A stretch of DNA of 64,000 bases, taken from assembly GCA_047967505.1 (NCBI GenBank), contig CM106538.1; one strand, 5' to 3'. The translations under genes were made by a program, and so were the position numbers. The stretch comes from Dipteris shenzhenensis (taxonomy: Eukaryota). Positions 14,060 through 28,135 of this stretch are shown one piece after another; the first letter of the stretch is position 1, and every line of letters starts with the position of its first letter. The notes beneath the pieces were generated by a model. It did no database searches and had not been told where the DNA came from. It saw only the letters and a list, made by a program, of their open reading frames with translations.

Positions 14060-14530
14060 CCAAAAACCAAAGACTAAAGATGCGTGGCTTGAACAAAATT
14101 GTTTTAACACTTGCTATCAACTTTGTGCCTTGGACTATTTCCATTAGGTTTTGCTCGTATGCTATATTGATTGGCCATGTTTTTTTTCGAGATGATAAAA
14201 TTTTTGAATTTGTTAAATTCATTGTACGATATCAACTTTTTACCTTGGGGTATTTTCGCAAGGATCTGCTCATATGGTATATTGTTTGATGTTGTCTTAA
14301 TTACCTTAAAACCCAAAATAAGAAAGATTACAGATGCATGATAATGTTTTTACACATGCTGTCAACTTTGTACCTTGGAGTATTTTTGTAAGGATTTGCT
14401 CAAATGGTATATTGTTTGACCATGTTTCTAACGTAAATTTTTTTAAATATTTGTTAAGTTCACTATACAATATCAACTTTGTACCTTGGGGTCTTTCCAC
14501 AAGGATCTGCTCATATGGTATATTGGCATG
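14060..14530. repeat. Four ~115-bp subrepeats (two ~245-bp dimers) upstream of the kinase
   Basis: The core TCAACTTTGTACCTTGG...AGGATCTGCTCATATGGTATATTG recurs at ~14117, 14232, 14362 and 14473. Confidence 0.8.
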
Positions 14531-14609
14531 ATCTTGACTTTGCAATTATAATATTGTCACATAATTTTACATTTTATGTCTCTTAACTTTGTATTTTGCT
14601 TTCGTTTAG

Positions 14610-15989
14610 GATGTGCTAAACGTATTGACATGGTGACCAAGGAACATTCCAAAGAATTGAAGAGGCCCTTTGCCTATATTCAAAGAGAAGTACTCTTACT
14701 CGTTGCACACATGGACAATACAATGATCGAAAAAATCAGGGATGATGACACTCTATTAGATGTATTCAAACAACATGTGATGCAAAGGCTAAATAAAATC
14801 AAAGAGGTGTCAAAGATACGAGATCAAGTAAAAGACATATTCACAGATGTAGCCTGGTCAGAAGAATTGGAAAAGCATGTGACGACCATCATAGGAAACA
14901 TCACATATCATGCACAATATGTAGAGGAATCGCTATCTTCAAATGAGAAGTGTTTGGCTTGGCATAGTATGTGGAAATAAAGAAAAGCCCGTGGTATACG
15001 AGCAAATTTGTACGCGTTAGCTAAGAAGAATATTGGTCCAAATCCAACCGAGGAATATGCACGTGCCAGAATAAATACATCGAACAATGCTTCTACGCAA
15101 CAAGTGGACAGTACTGCTACGACTTTTCCTACAGCAACCTATACTGCCTGGCTGCAAGATCATGCATATGAAATATATAAGGATAAAACAATCAGTGTTG
15201 GGTCTAAAGGGCAACTTTTCCTAGCAAGAATCAAAGGAGTACTAGGCATCAGCCCGATTGCTTATTATGTAGCAAAGAGTTTTAAAGGCAATGCAAAGAA
15301 AAGAGAGTCTACTTTCATGAAAGAATCAACAATGCAAGTTAAACATAGCGTCTTGGTTCGGCCGATTGCTATGTCAATAAGTGCACCACATTGGATTTTC
15401 ACACCATATTTTAATGGAGGGACATTGTACACATTTTTCAAAGAAACTGAAAAAAGGTTCATGCATTCCAAGCTTGAGTTAGATACAGAGAAATTCCCTG
15501 CAAATAACATAGAACAGGTTGTGACTCTCGTACCAGAACTTTGTTTTGCTCTTTGCCTTGGCCTTCAGAAGCTGCACAAACAAGGTTGGATCCACAATGA
15601 TTTGCACAGTGGAAATGTCCTTCTGGACTATGTAGCTACTATGCGAGTGCGGATTGGTATTTGTGACTGGGGACATGCTACATATGTAATAAATTCAAAG
15701 GAGAACTTGTTAGCTAGACATTCTAGTGAGGAAGATACTAAGTACAAGAATAGAATTTTTCTCTCTAGGTTGGATATTCTCAGAGCTTTGTAAAATCAGC
15801 CTTTACATAGCGAAATATGTACCCAGTTTACAGATTCTCACAGACCAAGCACAATGGTCAAGAGATGTTAAACTAGTCCAATACATTTCCAAAAGGATGC
15901 TTAAACAACATCCAAAAGACCGCATATCACTACAGAGTTCATGCAATCTATTTTCATCAAGGAGAATCAAGCCTGATATATGTATGTGA
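14610..15989 (+). pseudogene. Divergent protein kinase with N-terminal helical region; disrupted
   Basis: Kinase motifs SVGSKGQLF, YVAKSF, FMKE, PYFNGGTL, HNDLHSGNVLL, ICDWG; then SLGWIF and PKDRIS in another frame. In-frame TAA at 14978 separates it from the same-frame upstream ORF. The subdomain VIII (APE) region is missing. Splice acceptor TTTAG at ~14609. Confidence 0.75.
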
Positions 15990-16174
15990 CCATTACAAGA
16001 GATGGGATACGATATGATCCCAAATTAATTTTTTAATGTAATAAAGGCAAATCGAATATACAAAGTCATTCCATGCTGGTTGATCCTATATTCTATGTTT
16101 ACATTTAATTCATAAGTATTCAGAAGCCCCCACAATTATCGCATTCCAGCTAATCCCCGTGTCGAATGGAGGGG

Positions 16175-16203
16175 AGCTTCTTGGAGAAGCTTCTCCAAGC
16201 TAG
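16175..16203 (+). mobile_element. Candidate Helitron 3' terminus (hairpin + CTAG followed by T)
   Basis: Hairpin AGCTTCT-TGG-AGAAGCT (16175-16191), 8-nt spacer, CTAG at 16200-16203, then T. Overlaps a perfect 20-bp palindrome CTTGGAGAAGCTTCTCCAAG. Confidence 0.35.
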
Positions 16204-16789
16204 TTTAAAGACCAAGGTAGAGCAGAAAGGGCAGCTCTGAAAGCCTCTCCAAGTAGCTCACTGAGGGAATCTAATGCCTCTCGCACAATACAGATTATTT
16301 TTTGCAAATAGGCATGTTTTAATCTTTGACAAGCCAAACAAATTAATCAATTTAAGTGCGTGATCGATTAGTAGTGGCCACTAGCGAGAGTGAGGGGCTT
16401 ACCAACCAAGGCACATGCACACATCATGAAGCACACACAGAGGTGCATTTTGTTCATGCGCAAACATGTCGTGAGCACACAGATACGCCCTTGGTGCTCA
16501 AATGGGGTGCCAAAAATCACACCATGCACAATTCTTTGGTGACTAGGTGTTGTTTGCCAGTCACCAAAGGTCAATAACATCACAAGAGGAGTGTGAACAT
16601 AAATTCTTGGATTGGGGATGCACCCAAACCACATCCAGAGTGTCATCAAGCTGTGCACTCCAACTTGTGAGTGTGCACTGACATTCCCATGCAGATGGAT
16701 CTTCTATGAAAGAAAAGTTGATTATGGGATGCTGGAGGTTGCTTTCATGCCAACCTCAAACCTTGACATGCAACAGCAGCTCAAGCAGT

Positions 16790-17036
16790 AGCGCACCTAC
16801 CTACCCCCTCATTCAAATCTTGCATAGTGCACCTGCCTACCCCCTCAGTTGAATCTTGCATAGAGCGTGTAGGTCCTAGGTAGTGGGACCATTCGAATCT
16901 TGCATAGTGTCGGTGCCTACCTGCTCATCCAAATCTTGCATAGAGCACATAGGTCCCAAGAAGCGTGAACCAGCACGTAGGTCCTAGATAGTGTGAACCT
17001 TGCACAAAGCACGTAGGTCCTAGGTAGTGGGACCAT
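16790..17036. repeat. Cluster of short repeats (AATCTTGCATAG; GTAGGTCCTAGGTAGTG), possibly a TE subterminal region
   Basis: About four copies of each motif within 250 bp. Confidence 0.55.
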
Positions 17037-17676
17037 GGGTGGGTGGGTGTGTTTTGTTTTGTTTTGTTTTGTTCTAAGATGGGATTGCTAGACAAACCTG
17101 TCTCTCTCTCTCTCACCTTGTAAGAGCATGCCACATGCATGTGAAACTTTGGCACACCTCTAAACAAGCTATCCCATTGCTCTATAGCAACTCAAACAAT
17201 GACATTAGGCTATGAGGGCAAAGATGCGATGGCAGGCAAAGAGCAAGAGAAGACAACAACTACCAAAAGATGCACACTCGAACTTATAGAATGTGACAAT
17301 TTTTTTGGAAATTCACCTAAGTGCTCCAAGATTGCAGTATGGAGGGCAATGGAGGGGGGGTTTGGGGGCCTCTCATTTTACTAGCATGCCTCCATTCCAC
17401 AATCTAATGTGTAAACAATCTACCTACCTAGTCTACCTACATTCACAAATGCATGTGGACTTAATCCAAACCTCCATACAACCATTTCGCCTCTAACATG
17501 TGGCCAAGTTTTGTAAAACCGATGTGGGTCTTGGTGGTTTGACGCTCAAGTTCGTGTTGTTTGGGGTTGTTCCTTTAATGAGTTGATTTGGCTCCTAGGT
17601 TCGTCATTGGGGTGTGTGTGCAATCCCTCTAATGAGTCACTTTGGCTTCAAGGTTTGTGCGTTAGAGAGGTTAAAC

Positions 17677-17678
<2 letters not shown>

Positions 17679-17721
<43 letters not shown>

Positions 17722-17726
17722 ACTCG

Positions 17727-17770
<44 letters not shown>

Positions 17771-17802
17771 CTCTCCTCCCCTCTCCCCCCCCCCTCTCCC
17801 TC

Positions 17803-17845
<43 letters not shown>

Positions 17846-17913
17846 CCTCTCTCTCTCTCTCCCCCTCTCCCTCTCCCTCTCCCTCTCCCTCTCCCTCTCC
17901 CTCTTTGTATCCC

Positions 17914-17949
<36 letters not shown>
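17679..17949. repeat. (CT)n / pyrimidine microsatellite
   Basis: Directly visible; it explains the spurious SL/RE ORFs. Confidence 0.98.
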
Positions 17950-18049
17950 ATTCTCGTTCTCGTTCCAAACACCTACATCGATTATAACCACATGGCTCAA
18001 AGCTTGTGATTTTTAACAATACATTAAAGGAGCACTTTATTAGGACTGC

Positions 18050-21000
18050 CTCTTAGAGGGAGTGCTATACTAGAGAGTTGGATTGTCCTCTTGTGAATTG
18101 AGTTGGATTGTTCTCTGGTGAATTTTTCACCTATAATTATTTCTTTTTAAGTAATGTTCCTTAGGTGAAAAGTTAAAGCATAAGCTCTAAATAAGATTAG
18201 GAGGCACTCTATATACTTAAGGTATGTATGCTTTCCAATATACTAAGAGGCACTTTGGCACTCTTGTTAACACAAGTGCCCAAGCTCAAGTCAACTAACT
18301 AAATATTTCCATAGCCAAAGCAAAAAGGTAGTAGCAACCAAGTCACCAAGCTTTCTTCAACTGATTGAGCAAATACTCATATTCCATGAAGTAAACAAGA
18401 AGACCTTCCAAAGTGAAGGTGCCAAACAACTTTTTCTAGCAAAACTATAAGCTACTAGCAATGTTATATCCATGGATTTTAAGAAGGAAGACTGAAAGAA
18501 GGTCATCATGCAATCTAAGAAATTTCCACTTCCCACTTTATGGCCACCTACTCTACCCACAAGCCATCCTAAGCAATTTGTCAAAAAAGCATCCTCTTGG
18601 AAAAATCTTAGCAACCCTTTAGCACCCAAAGCTTCATATCCAAATTGAGAATCCCCAACCATTGTTTGTTCTTAAGAGCTATCATGGTGTGCCATAGGAT
18701 GTTATGGAACCTTTGGGCCCATTTCCCTTGTGTGAGACAAAGTTCCTCATTTGTCTCTCAAGAGCATCCCAATTAGACCTACTAAAGCACTAGGTAAAAG
18801 AGATATAAACTGGAAGAGCATTTAATATATGCTTAAGAATAATAATTCATGCATTCCATCCAAGTATTTGGGTTCTCCATAGAACCAATTTATATTTGAT
18901 CTTAAAATGCCTCCATTTTAAACTGTTTTCTTGGATGATACAAGTGCCCCAAAGGACAACCCAAGTATCTCCATTAAAAGCGATAATCATCTAATCATAA
19001 AGGTTTCTCACCCCACCCAATTAAAAATGCAAAATTCTTGAATGACCTAGTGATTTAGTAATAATAAATTGTCTACTTGGTGCTAGATGGCCATTGAGAG
19101 AGATGAGTTATAGACCCAACTGTTTAGACAAGGGAAGTAATAGCCCCAAACCTTTTTGTGACTTTGAATAAAGCATAATTATTGATCGACACTTTTGACA
19201 TAAGGGTAAATAGGAAGGGAGCAAGAGGGCAGCCTTGTTTGATTGATCATTTGAGGGCAAACTCCTCCAAAAATCTAACAATGATTGCAACCATAGCCAC
19301 ACTTTTATCAAAATGTGTTTGGACCATCTTTCAACTAAATATGAAACTAATATGCTCCAAGACTTTAAACAAAAGGTCCTAGCAAATTATATCATTTGTA
19401 TTATTTAAGTCCCTCCTTAAAAACAAATATTTATATCCAATTTTTAAAAGCAAGCTCAACATTGAGAGTATCATTGAAGATAGTCTATCCATGAAAAAAA
19501 CATGATGTTGTAATTCAACAAATAATAATCCCATTTGATGCAAGGATCTTCAAAGCAATTGGTAGTTTGAATCCATAACCTTTACAAAGACTAGATAAAG
19601 TGTTCATCCATGAATTGTTAAACTTGTAATAGCCTTACCATGATTCAAGGGTAATGTAAATCCCCAATCATTAGGAGTATGATTGAAAATTCTTGATTGC
19701 AAAAAGGTTTTACCAACTAAAGGACTTGCAAGCTACCCAACTAGATGAAGGACTATAAAAATAGTCCAGTTAGGTAGCAGAAAACTACTTAGGCCTTCTC
19801 TTTATTCTAGATGAAAAGCCTAAAGGGTCCAAATTTGTAAGATTACATTTATTTACTAACTTTTCTTAGGTACTAGTTGATAAGATTACATTTATTTACT
19901 AACTTTTCCTAGGTACTTCTCCTCTTAGGACATAACCTTGATAGGTCATGACCTATCTCCATGCCTATCATGTTCTCATGCCCATCAAGAGTAAAGTTGA
20001 TTGAAGAGTATTCCTGTGACTTCACCTTATAGTTGATGTAAGACTATGCTCATGATGTTACCTTGTAGTTGACCTAAGACAGATATCCAAATGTTATCCT
20101 TGTCTTTTGATCACCTTAGATGTCAAAGCAAATGAACTAGAGCCTCTTGAAACACCAAACAAGATTTGCACATTAAGATAGCAACCCCTAAGCCCCTTGC
20201 CTTGGATTGACCTAGACCTTAAAAATATGAATCAATCCATGAACAATCATAATCCACAGTCTTTTTTTTTTAAATAAAATAAAGATTGAGCTTTCCCATA
20301 AGCAATATTTGAGAGGAAGCTTGTTCTTAAGTACTATTATTTGCCCCTTATATTCTACAATGAATTCAATTAGTTTTTTTTTTTAAATGGCTATCAATAA
20401 TCATGGGAGAGAAAGTGGTCCCTTTTACAAAAATAAAGAAAATGAGGAGTTTAGCCTACACCATCACCCTCAACAAGGGCAAATTTTGTTTTCTCCATCA
20501 AGGTTCTACGTTTCATCTTTTGTCCTCTTTACATTTTGATTGGATCAATGAATTGATTGAAAGATGAACTCCAGTGAATTACTAGGATTCTAATCTTTTG
20601 GGAAAAGCCCTGCAAATCTAGTAGTTGTTTCTCTATTCTTGAACTACACCTTGGACATAAATAAGTCTATGAGTGGTGAAGAAACCTCATTTTAAACTTT
20701 TTCTTCTTCTTGAACGTTTTCCATCCATCAAAGCCCCCTCCCACTCTATCAAAGACTCATAAGCCTATAGGACTTGTGCTTCAATTTTAAGCCTTGACCC
20801 AGACATTATCACATTGAGAAAGGCGGGCCTTTTGAGGAGCGCATGAAAAACCACCTCTTTTTCAGCCTTCAAAGGGTAGTTGCGTGCATAATGCCCCCCC
20901 ATGACAAACATAGCATGTGTTTTGAAAGTGCCAAAACACTCTTTTGTTGACCATAGTGCTCCACCTAGCAAGCAAACATCAACATGATTCGGAAGATCCC

Positions 21001-21400
21001 TATCATGACCCCATAGAACCCCCTCTTCACACTCAAGGTGTAAATGTAGTACAAGGACTTCACCCATAGACATGGCGACTCTCTTAAATGATGACAGCGT
21101 CCACAATGGATAATATAAGAAGAAATTTAGATTGAGTATTTTTAAATTGAAGGTCATCATGTGAAAAGGAAGGGTTCCAAGAGATCGATAAAAACATGGT
21201 CCCCCAAAAATCCAAGGGCTTTCTACCCATATTGATTTTACCTATTAATTATGAGCAATGCAAGATAGATGCCTTTCCCCATAAATTGTAGTGAGCTTGA
21301 TGAGCACATGTGTCTCAAGCCTAGAGCAAACTAGTGCTCAATGCCTTCAAAAGATGTTACCATCCCCAAACAAAATGGTGTACTCCATAGGATGAAGGAC
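18050..21400 (-). mobile_element. Highly degraded L1-type LINE (ORF1 zinc knuckle and ORF2 RT remnants)
   Basis: Minus strand reads IKQGCPLAPFLFT (~19210-19250; RT motif RQGCPLSP). A degenerate CCHC knuckle GGHYARNYP lies near 20880. Boundaries are approximate. Confidence 0.6.
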
Positions 21401-23074
21401 ATAAGATATCATCATGAATGTCCTCTCTCAAAATATCAATGATCAATTAATGGTCCTTGACAAGCAACTCACCTCACTATTTCTTCCTTTCACTTTATCC
21501 CAAGCAAAATCAAGTCAATTAGGTTAACATCAACTACTTGTGGTACCAAGGTCTAGGCATACGTTAATGCAATCTTTAAAGGAATGATTAAAGGTAGACC
21601 TCAAGGGAGCATCAAAAGAGTTAGTTTGAGAACAAACGATAAGGGCATAGACTATCAGGATCAAGGGACAAATAGTAAATTAGGTGGATCATGCAAGATC
21701 ATGGCAGCAACTTCCAAAAATAGGTCATCGTTCTTATTCAACTTCTTGTCAAGGACATCTTCATGATGATGAATGGTGTCTGAAGGTGTCTTTTCTATTC
21801 ATAGATATATCTCCTCCCAAATCTTATTAGATTGACCTTGAATTGATCCAAATTACTACCTTGCTTTCTCGTCTCAAACTTGAAATGGAGCTTTGATCAC
21901 TTTACATTCATTTTGGGTTTGGATCTCCCTTGATCATTAGTTGACTGAAGAGATTTATCTGTCCCTTTGCCACCAATGGGTTGCCAGTTCAACATATGCA
22001 AAGAAGTAGAGTTATGTTCAGTGCAACTTTTTCAATTGAATTAGAATATGCTAGAATCTCTCTTTCATAGATGGTTTTGATAATCTCCTTTAATTGCTTG
22101 AATCTTATTTTTATTAAAAAGTATATATTTGATTTAAATTGAAACTTTACTTTAAATCAAATATATCTTTTAATAAGTACAAACTAATCAAATTTGATTT
22201 TTATACATATGAATCAAATTTAGATTTCAAATTGAATTTTATTTAAAAATATAAACTAAATTTTACTTTTTAAAAATTAAAAATATAAATTAAATTAACT
22301 AATTTATATATAATTTAAAAAAATAAATTAAATAATTAAAATTAATTTTATAATCTTCCCTTACCCCTTCCGATCATAGCTGCCAAAAGTGGTAAGGGAG
22401 AGGGAGCTATGACCCCCCTCCCTTACCTCACGGCGATCGTGGCCGCCGGGGGGTAAGGGAGAGTGGGCTCTGATCACCCCCTAGTAGCCGCGACCACCGA
22501 GGGGTAAGGGACGGGGGATAATACCCCAAACCTCCCTTTATTCCCTTCCCTCTAGGCATCCCCTTCCCTCCTTCCTTGTGTTGATTCCAGGGCATGCCCT
22601 TCCCTCTGGGCGTCCCCTTCCTCCTTGCATCAATTCCATGTCAATCACCACCGTAGATTGCCGATAGAAGGAAGATCGAAAGAAGGAGGAGCGGACGGTG
22701 GAAGGAAGATAAAGGAAAAGGAGGAGGAGTGGGTGGGTGGGCTAGAGGAGAAGGAAGAGATGGGGTAGGGAAGGAGTCGTCATGAGGTGAAGAGACAAAG
22801 AGGGGGAGGGAGGAAGAGGTCATGGTGAGAGGGGACACAAGAGAGATGTGATTAGTGAGAGGGAATGGGAGAGTTGGAAGAAAAGCTCACCAACAGGAGT
22901 GGAAAGAAAGAAGAAACAATGTTAGCGGAGACAATAAGGGAAGATGAAAGAAAAGGAGAGTAGGGGGAGATTCAAATTTAAAGTAAGAAAAGGGGAGCGT
23001 TGGAGATTTTAAATTTAAATTAAAACAAGGCAAGTGTGGGGGATTCAAAGTGAGGAAATTTTAAAAATTTTCTT

Positions 23075-23234
23075 GCACGACATTCTCCTAGACATTCCTT
23101 GAATTTATGACATTACTTCACAACATTCCTTGCTTGTTCACGACATTCTTTTCCACACGACATTCTCTTCCACAAAATTCCTTGCTTTGCTTCACGATAT
23201 TCCTTCCGTGGTGCACGACATTCTCTTACTAGTA
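23075..23234. mobile_element. CACTA-like element end with subterminal repeats
   Basis: About seven ACGACATT-type repeats end in TCTTACTAGTA, the reverse complement of CACTAGTAAGA with one transition. Confidence 0.5.
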
Positions 23235-23492
23235 CATTGGTAAGTTCTTTGTCTCTCTAATCATACTTCTCCCAACAACCTTTACTCTCTCTCTTTCGTC
23301 ATACTTCTCCCAACACTCTTTGTCTCTCTCTGTATCGTATTCCTCTCTCTTTCTCTCCTTTCATTGTCCTTTCTCTCTCTCACACTGTCCTTTCTCTTCT
23401 CTCTTTATATTGTCTCACATCTCCCTTTCTCACATTCCATTCTATCTCTCCTCCTATTGCATGTGTTTGTCACACCGTCGTCTGTTTCTCTC

Positions 23493-23530
<38 letters not shown>

Positions 23531-25299
23531 TTCATCGTCCTTTCTCTCTCTCACACTATCCTTTCTCTTCTCTCTTTATATTGCCTCACATCTCCCTTTC
23601 TCACATTCCATTCCATCTCTCCTCCTATTGCATGTGTTCGTCACACCGCCATCTGTTTCTCTTACCCCACCATTCCTCCATCATCCATATGTCCATTCGT
23701 TTGCCATCTACCCATCCGTCCACGGTCGTAGGAGGTATGAAAGGGGGTACCCCCTCCCTTATCCCTCGATGGCTATGATTGCTAGGAGGTAAGGTAGGGG
23801 GTCATTCCCCCTCTCACTTATCCCTCGGCACCCATGGTCACTAGGGGGAAAGGGAGAGGGGCCAATCTCCTCAAACTGCCACCCCTCACTGTGCCCTTCC
23901 TCCTCAATCACCACATCCTCAGTCCACCCGCTTCTCCTCTCCTCCCCCTCAATTGCCATTGCCTACCAGCAGCAGTCCATCCACCCGTGACTCCTAAGAG
24001 ATAAGGGGGATTTCCCCCTCCCTTAACTCTCAGTGACTGTAGTCACCAAGGTGTAAGGGAGGGGTATTTCCCCTCTTCTTCCTCCTGGAGGCCGTGACCA
24101 CCAAGGGTAAGGGAGAGGGGGTAAACCCTCGCTTCTCCTCTCCTCGATTGGCATGCCCTCTCTCCTCCTTTCTCCTGCAATGCGTTGTGCCTCCTCCTCC
24201 CTTTCTCCTTCCTCCTGTCACACTAGACCTGACCCTCCTCTCGTCGGCCTCTCCCCCTTCCTCTTGACGTGCCTCCCCCTCCTCTCGTTGCACTGTGCCT
24301 CTATATTCCTCCCGCCATCCCTCCCCATCTCTCTTCTTTTCTTCCACCATGGCCGTGCCTTCCCATCCCTCCTCCTTCATCCCGTAGCCCCTCTCTCTCC
24401 TCTCTTCTCTCTCAATTTATCTCTCTTACTTTTTCAAAATTATAAAAAACAAAAGTAAACATGAACTTAAATCTTCATACTTGGCTGAGAGTTGGTAGAT
24501 AGGGAGTAGACTCTCTCTTCTTGCTCTCCCTTGATCCTCCTTTGATTGAGGGAAGAATGAATGAAGGGAAGGAGACCTTTTTATACTTTTATAGGGCCCC
24601 TCTTCCTTGTACTTTCCTATTTACACTGTTAGATCCATTTTCAAATTCTATGGAGCGTTCGATTGGTGACAAGTGTCACACTGCCTCCCCATTGCTTTTG
24701 ATAGTGGCCGGACATCTTTTTAAATTCTACGAGCTGTTCGATGGGTGACAAGTGTCATGCTACCTCCCCACCGCTTCTGACAAGACCGATCATCGTATGG
24801 CCCTAGTTTCCTCTTGAGAATTTGCTTTCAGAGCTGATTTTCTACTTCTTTTGACTTGATTCGTTTTATCCTTCTTTCTAAATAATGTTTTTATAAATAT
24901 TCACATAGCCCTTCTTTTCTCCCCTCCACTTCAGGACACTCACATTGAAATGCCCATTGAGATGCCTTTTAATGATATCCCATGGTGAGTTGGGCACGGA
25001 AGCAACATTCTTGAAATAAAATAATGATGGACCTAGAATCTTTGTACTGTCGTGTATTATCCTAAAACCTATACGATTGAATTTAAATTGTAAATCCTAC
25101 TAGCTAAATGCTCAACCTGAATCCTTATGTTGCAAAAGAGAAGTAGTTGAATTTGCTACAATCCATAATACTGATCCAAATTCTCTTTGTCACTTTAAAA
25201 GACTTGGCGAAAATAAGGTGGTAGTTGTTGTATCAAAGATTTTTAGTGCATATGTTGAGCTAAAACATAAGTGTGGAGATATGGAAATACTTTGAGATT

Positions 25300-26508
25300 T
25301 TATGCCTTATAATATTTCCAACAAATCATTTATTGCATGGGACAGAGATGAGCCTTCTGCAACACGTCATCGAGAATACAAAGTACATCTCTTTGGATTT
25401 TAAAGTGGGAGATATTTTACAAATGATATCATTTGCAAATAAGAACGTAGTGTAAGGTCAAGGGGTCTCTAGCCTTATGTATAGTGTTAGAGCATGGATT
25501 TAAGTTTTTTTACAAACATTTGGATTGATTACTTGTAGATAAATGATAGCAATCAAGTTGTAACATCCATTATGAAGGCAATTCATAGTGTACATGCATA
25601 AAAAGGTCACCTACCAGAAATTTTGAGGATACAGGTAAACAATTGTGGACGAGAGAATAAGAATGTGCTCTTGTTTGCATTTCTCTCAATGTTAATCGCT
25701 CATCAAATCTTCATTGAGATTGAAGTTAGATTTTTGTTGGTTGGGCATATACATGACGATATCGATTAGGTTTTTAGCACAGTCTCGAGAGAGCTAAAAC
25801 ACAAGGACATGGACACAATGGGTGACTTGATAAGAAGATGTGGGAGCAAGTTGGTGGCTATAAGGAAGGTACAGCATGCTCCAGAATCGAAAGAATGTAT
25901 GATTGGAAAAGCTTGATTCTACAAAAAGCTGGTGATGCCTTGACAAGTCATAGCAATCCACACTACTTTCACTTCTTCTTGAAGGATGAAAAACCAGTGA
26001 TGTGCTGGCAACAATATTTGTATGATATAGCATGGGAACCTGAAGGAACTTACAATCTCTTAACTTCAATTTCAAGCAAGGAAATGTATCCAAAATGGCT
26101 CCTATAAAAGAATTCAACGAGAAATCCAAGTGTGAAATAGAAGGCTTAAAAGATTTTATTAAAGCCCTTGAGAAAATGTGAGAAGATTACATTAAGAATG
26201 CCCTTTCTTTTGGCCAAATATTGGTAACGACTTGCACCTACCTTGTCGACTCTTTGAAAATGAATTGGAATCACTACTCCCATGCCCATTATCTGGACTA
26301 AAGAAGAGAGAATTTATGCCACAAGTAGATATAGAAGTATATTGTTTTGTTGCAATTCGACCATCATCTGAACATGAGAATGTGAAGTTCTGGGTTGCAA
26401 AAGTGGGGGACATAAGCATGGATGACCACGGGAGAGCTATAACATTTACAATGGTGTAGTATGAGCCAAAGGGGAAGAAGGAGATCCAAGAAAACAAAAC
26501 ATTGTACA
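25300..26508 (+). mobile_element. Sola-like DNA transposase remnant (QxDNCxxENKN / GHTHxDID type)
   Basis: ~25606: GHLPEILRIQVNNCGRENKNVLLFAFLSMLIAHQIFIEIEVRFLLVGHIHDDID*VFSTVS. C-terminal segment FVAIRP..FWVAKV..V*YEP. Interrupted by the CACTA end at 26509. Confidence 0.65.
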
Positions 26509-27065
26509 CACTACTACAAAACTAGGTAGAAATGGCAGCCCAAAAGTGACATTTCTACCTTATTAAATGGCACTTTCTTGCCGCCATTTCCACATGTGCC
26601 ATTTTTTGGAAATGGCAACCAAAAGTGCCATATATTTTTGCCATTTCTATGTCCATAATGGCAACCAAAAGTGCCATATATTTTGCCACTTTTACATATG
26701 AAATGGCAACTAAAAGTGCCATATAGTTTTGCTATTTCCACATACAAAATAGCAACCAATAGTGCCATATACTTTTGCCATTTTATGTCTTAAATGGCAA
26801 CCAAAAGTGCCATGTATTTTGCCATTTTTTTGTATGAAATGGCAACCAAAAGTGCCATATAGTATTGCCATTTCCACATGCAAAATGGCAACCAAAAGTG
26901 ACATATATTTTTGCCATTTTGATGTCTAAAATGGCAACCAAAATTGCCATTTTTACATATGAAATGGCAACTAAAAGTGCCATATAGTTTTGCCATTTCC
27001 ATAATCGAAATGGCAACCAAAAGTACCATGTATTTTTGCAATTTTTAATGCATGAAATGGCACTG
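26509..27065 (+). mobile_element. CACTA/EnSpm terminus with subterminal repeat array
   Basis: CACTACTACAAAA at 26509, then ~9 copies of AAATGGCAACCAAAAGTGCCAT interleaved with the inverse TTGCCATTT. The partner end was not located. Confidence 0.8.
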
Positions 27066-27799
27066 CATTTGAGACCAACTGTGAAAGAAATGGCAAAAGG
27101 TGACATAAAAATTGTCATTTATTATATTCAAAATGGCAAAAGAAGAATTAAAATTTGCAAGATTTCATGTTAAAAATGGAAATAAAGTGACATACAAAAT
27201 GCCGATTATTATGTTACAAATGGCAAGAAATGGAATCACAATTGCCATTTCTTATTTTATAGACAATATCATTCAAAATGGGCAAAAAAATTTTAACTTC
27301 TACTAGCTTTTAAAATGGGCCAAAAATTTACATGACATTGGAATCTTAAATGACTAAAATTTTACATTTGATACTTGGTATCCATGAATGAACTTTATTG
27401 TGTAAGTGTGAAAGATTAATCAAAAGTCTTAAGTGCATCAATACTCATAGTACACAGTGTGAAGAAGTCATCTAAAATTCTAAGGAATAACTTATACCTT
27501 TTATAACACACACATTTTACTTGATAACAAAAATTATTTGATAGTTGATTGAGAAATAAATAATACAAGTTTTACATAACAAAATAAAATATAAAATTAT
27601 AAAGACATTACATGAAGAGTTTTTGAAGCAACATTAAAGCCTATGGCTTGACCCAATGTCTGAATCTCATTATTTGCTTTAAATATACAAGCATCCTTAA
27701 TGATTGCATCATCAAATCGTACTGAAATTTAACATATATGAGGCAAACATAGATATTTGCTTTAGTCCCAAATAACATGAGATGCTCCTTTTAAAATGA

Positions 27800-28135
27800 A
27801 AACTCCATGCGCTCATTTTTAGTCAAATACATCTCTGCCATATCTTCATCATCATCCATCAATTGTTCAATTTCATCTCTTACCTGTAATAGAAGTAAAT
27901 TATATGATTTCTACAATTTAATTTATACAGACAATGAGAGTAAAGTGTTATCTATTTAGATCAATTAGACATTTTACTCAAGAACATCATTACAAATATT
28001 TCAATAATATTGCAAGACATTACCTTTTGCACATGACTAGTCAAAGAAACAAGCTTTCTTTTGAGTTTATGGACACGTTTCAAATTTAGTATATTGAATT
28101 TTGAAGTCAACTCATCTAGAACAGGGTAAGCCTCA
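27800..28135 (-). pseudogene. MRS2: Captured two-exon fragment of an MRS2/MGT magnesium transporter
   Basis: EAYPVLDELTSKFNILNLKRVHKLKRKLVSLTSHVQK|VRDEIEQLMDDDEDMAEMYLT, with GT-AG intron 28023..27884. The rest of the gene is absent. Confidence 0.85.

Noticed and set aside
16168-16260. miR159/319-like precursor
   Set aside because: GAGCT..CCAA resemblance only; no mature miRNA match or extended stem.
17583-18009. ORFs of SL/RE repeats (also 23320-24458, 39861-40067, 55616-56314)
   Set aside because: Artefacts of microsatellite and low-complexity DNA.
26600-27060. CRISPR-like repeat-spacer array
   Set aside because: Eukaryotic context, the spacers resemble each other, and the array abuts a CACTA terminus, so these are subterminal repeats.
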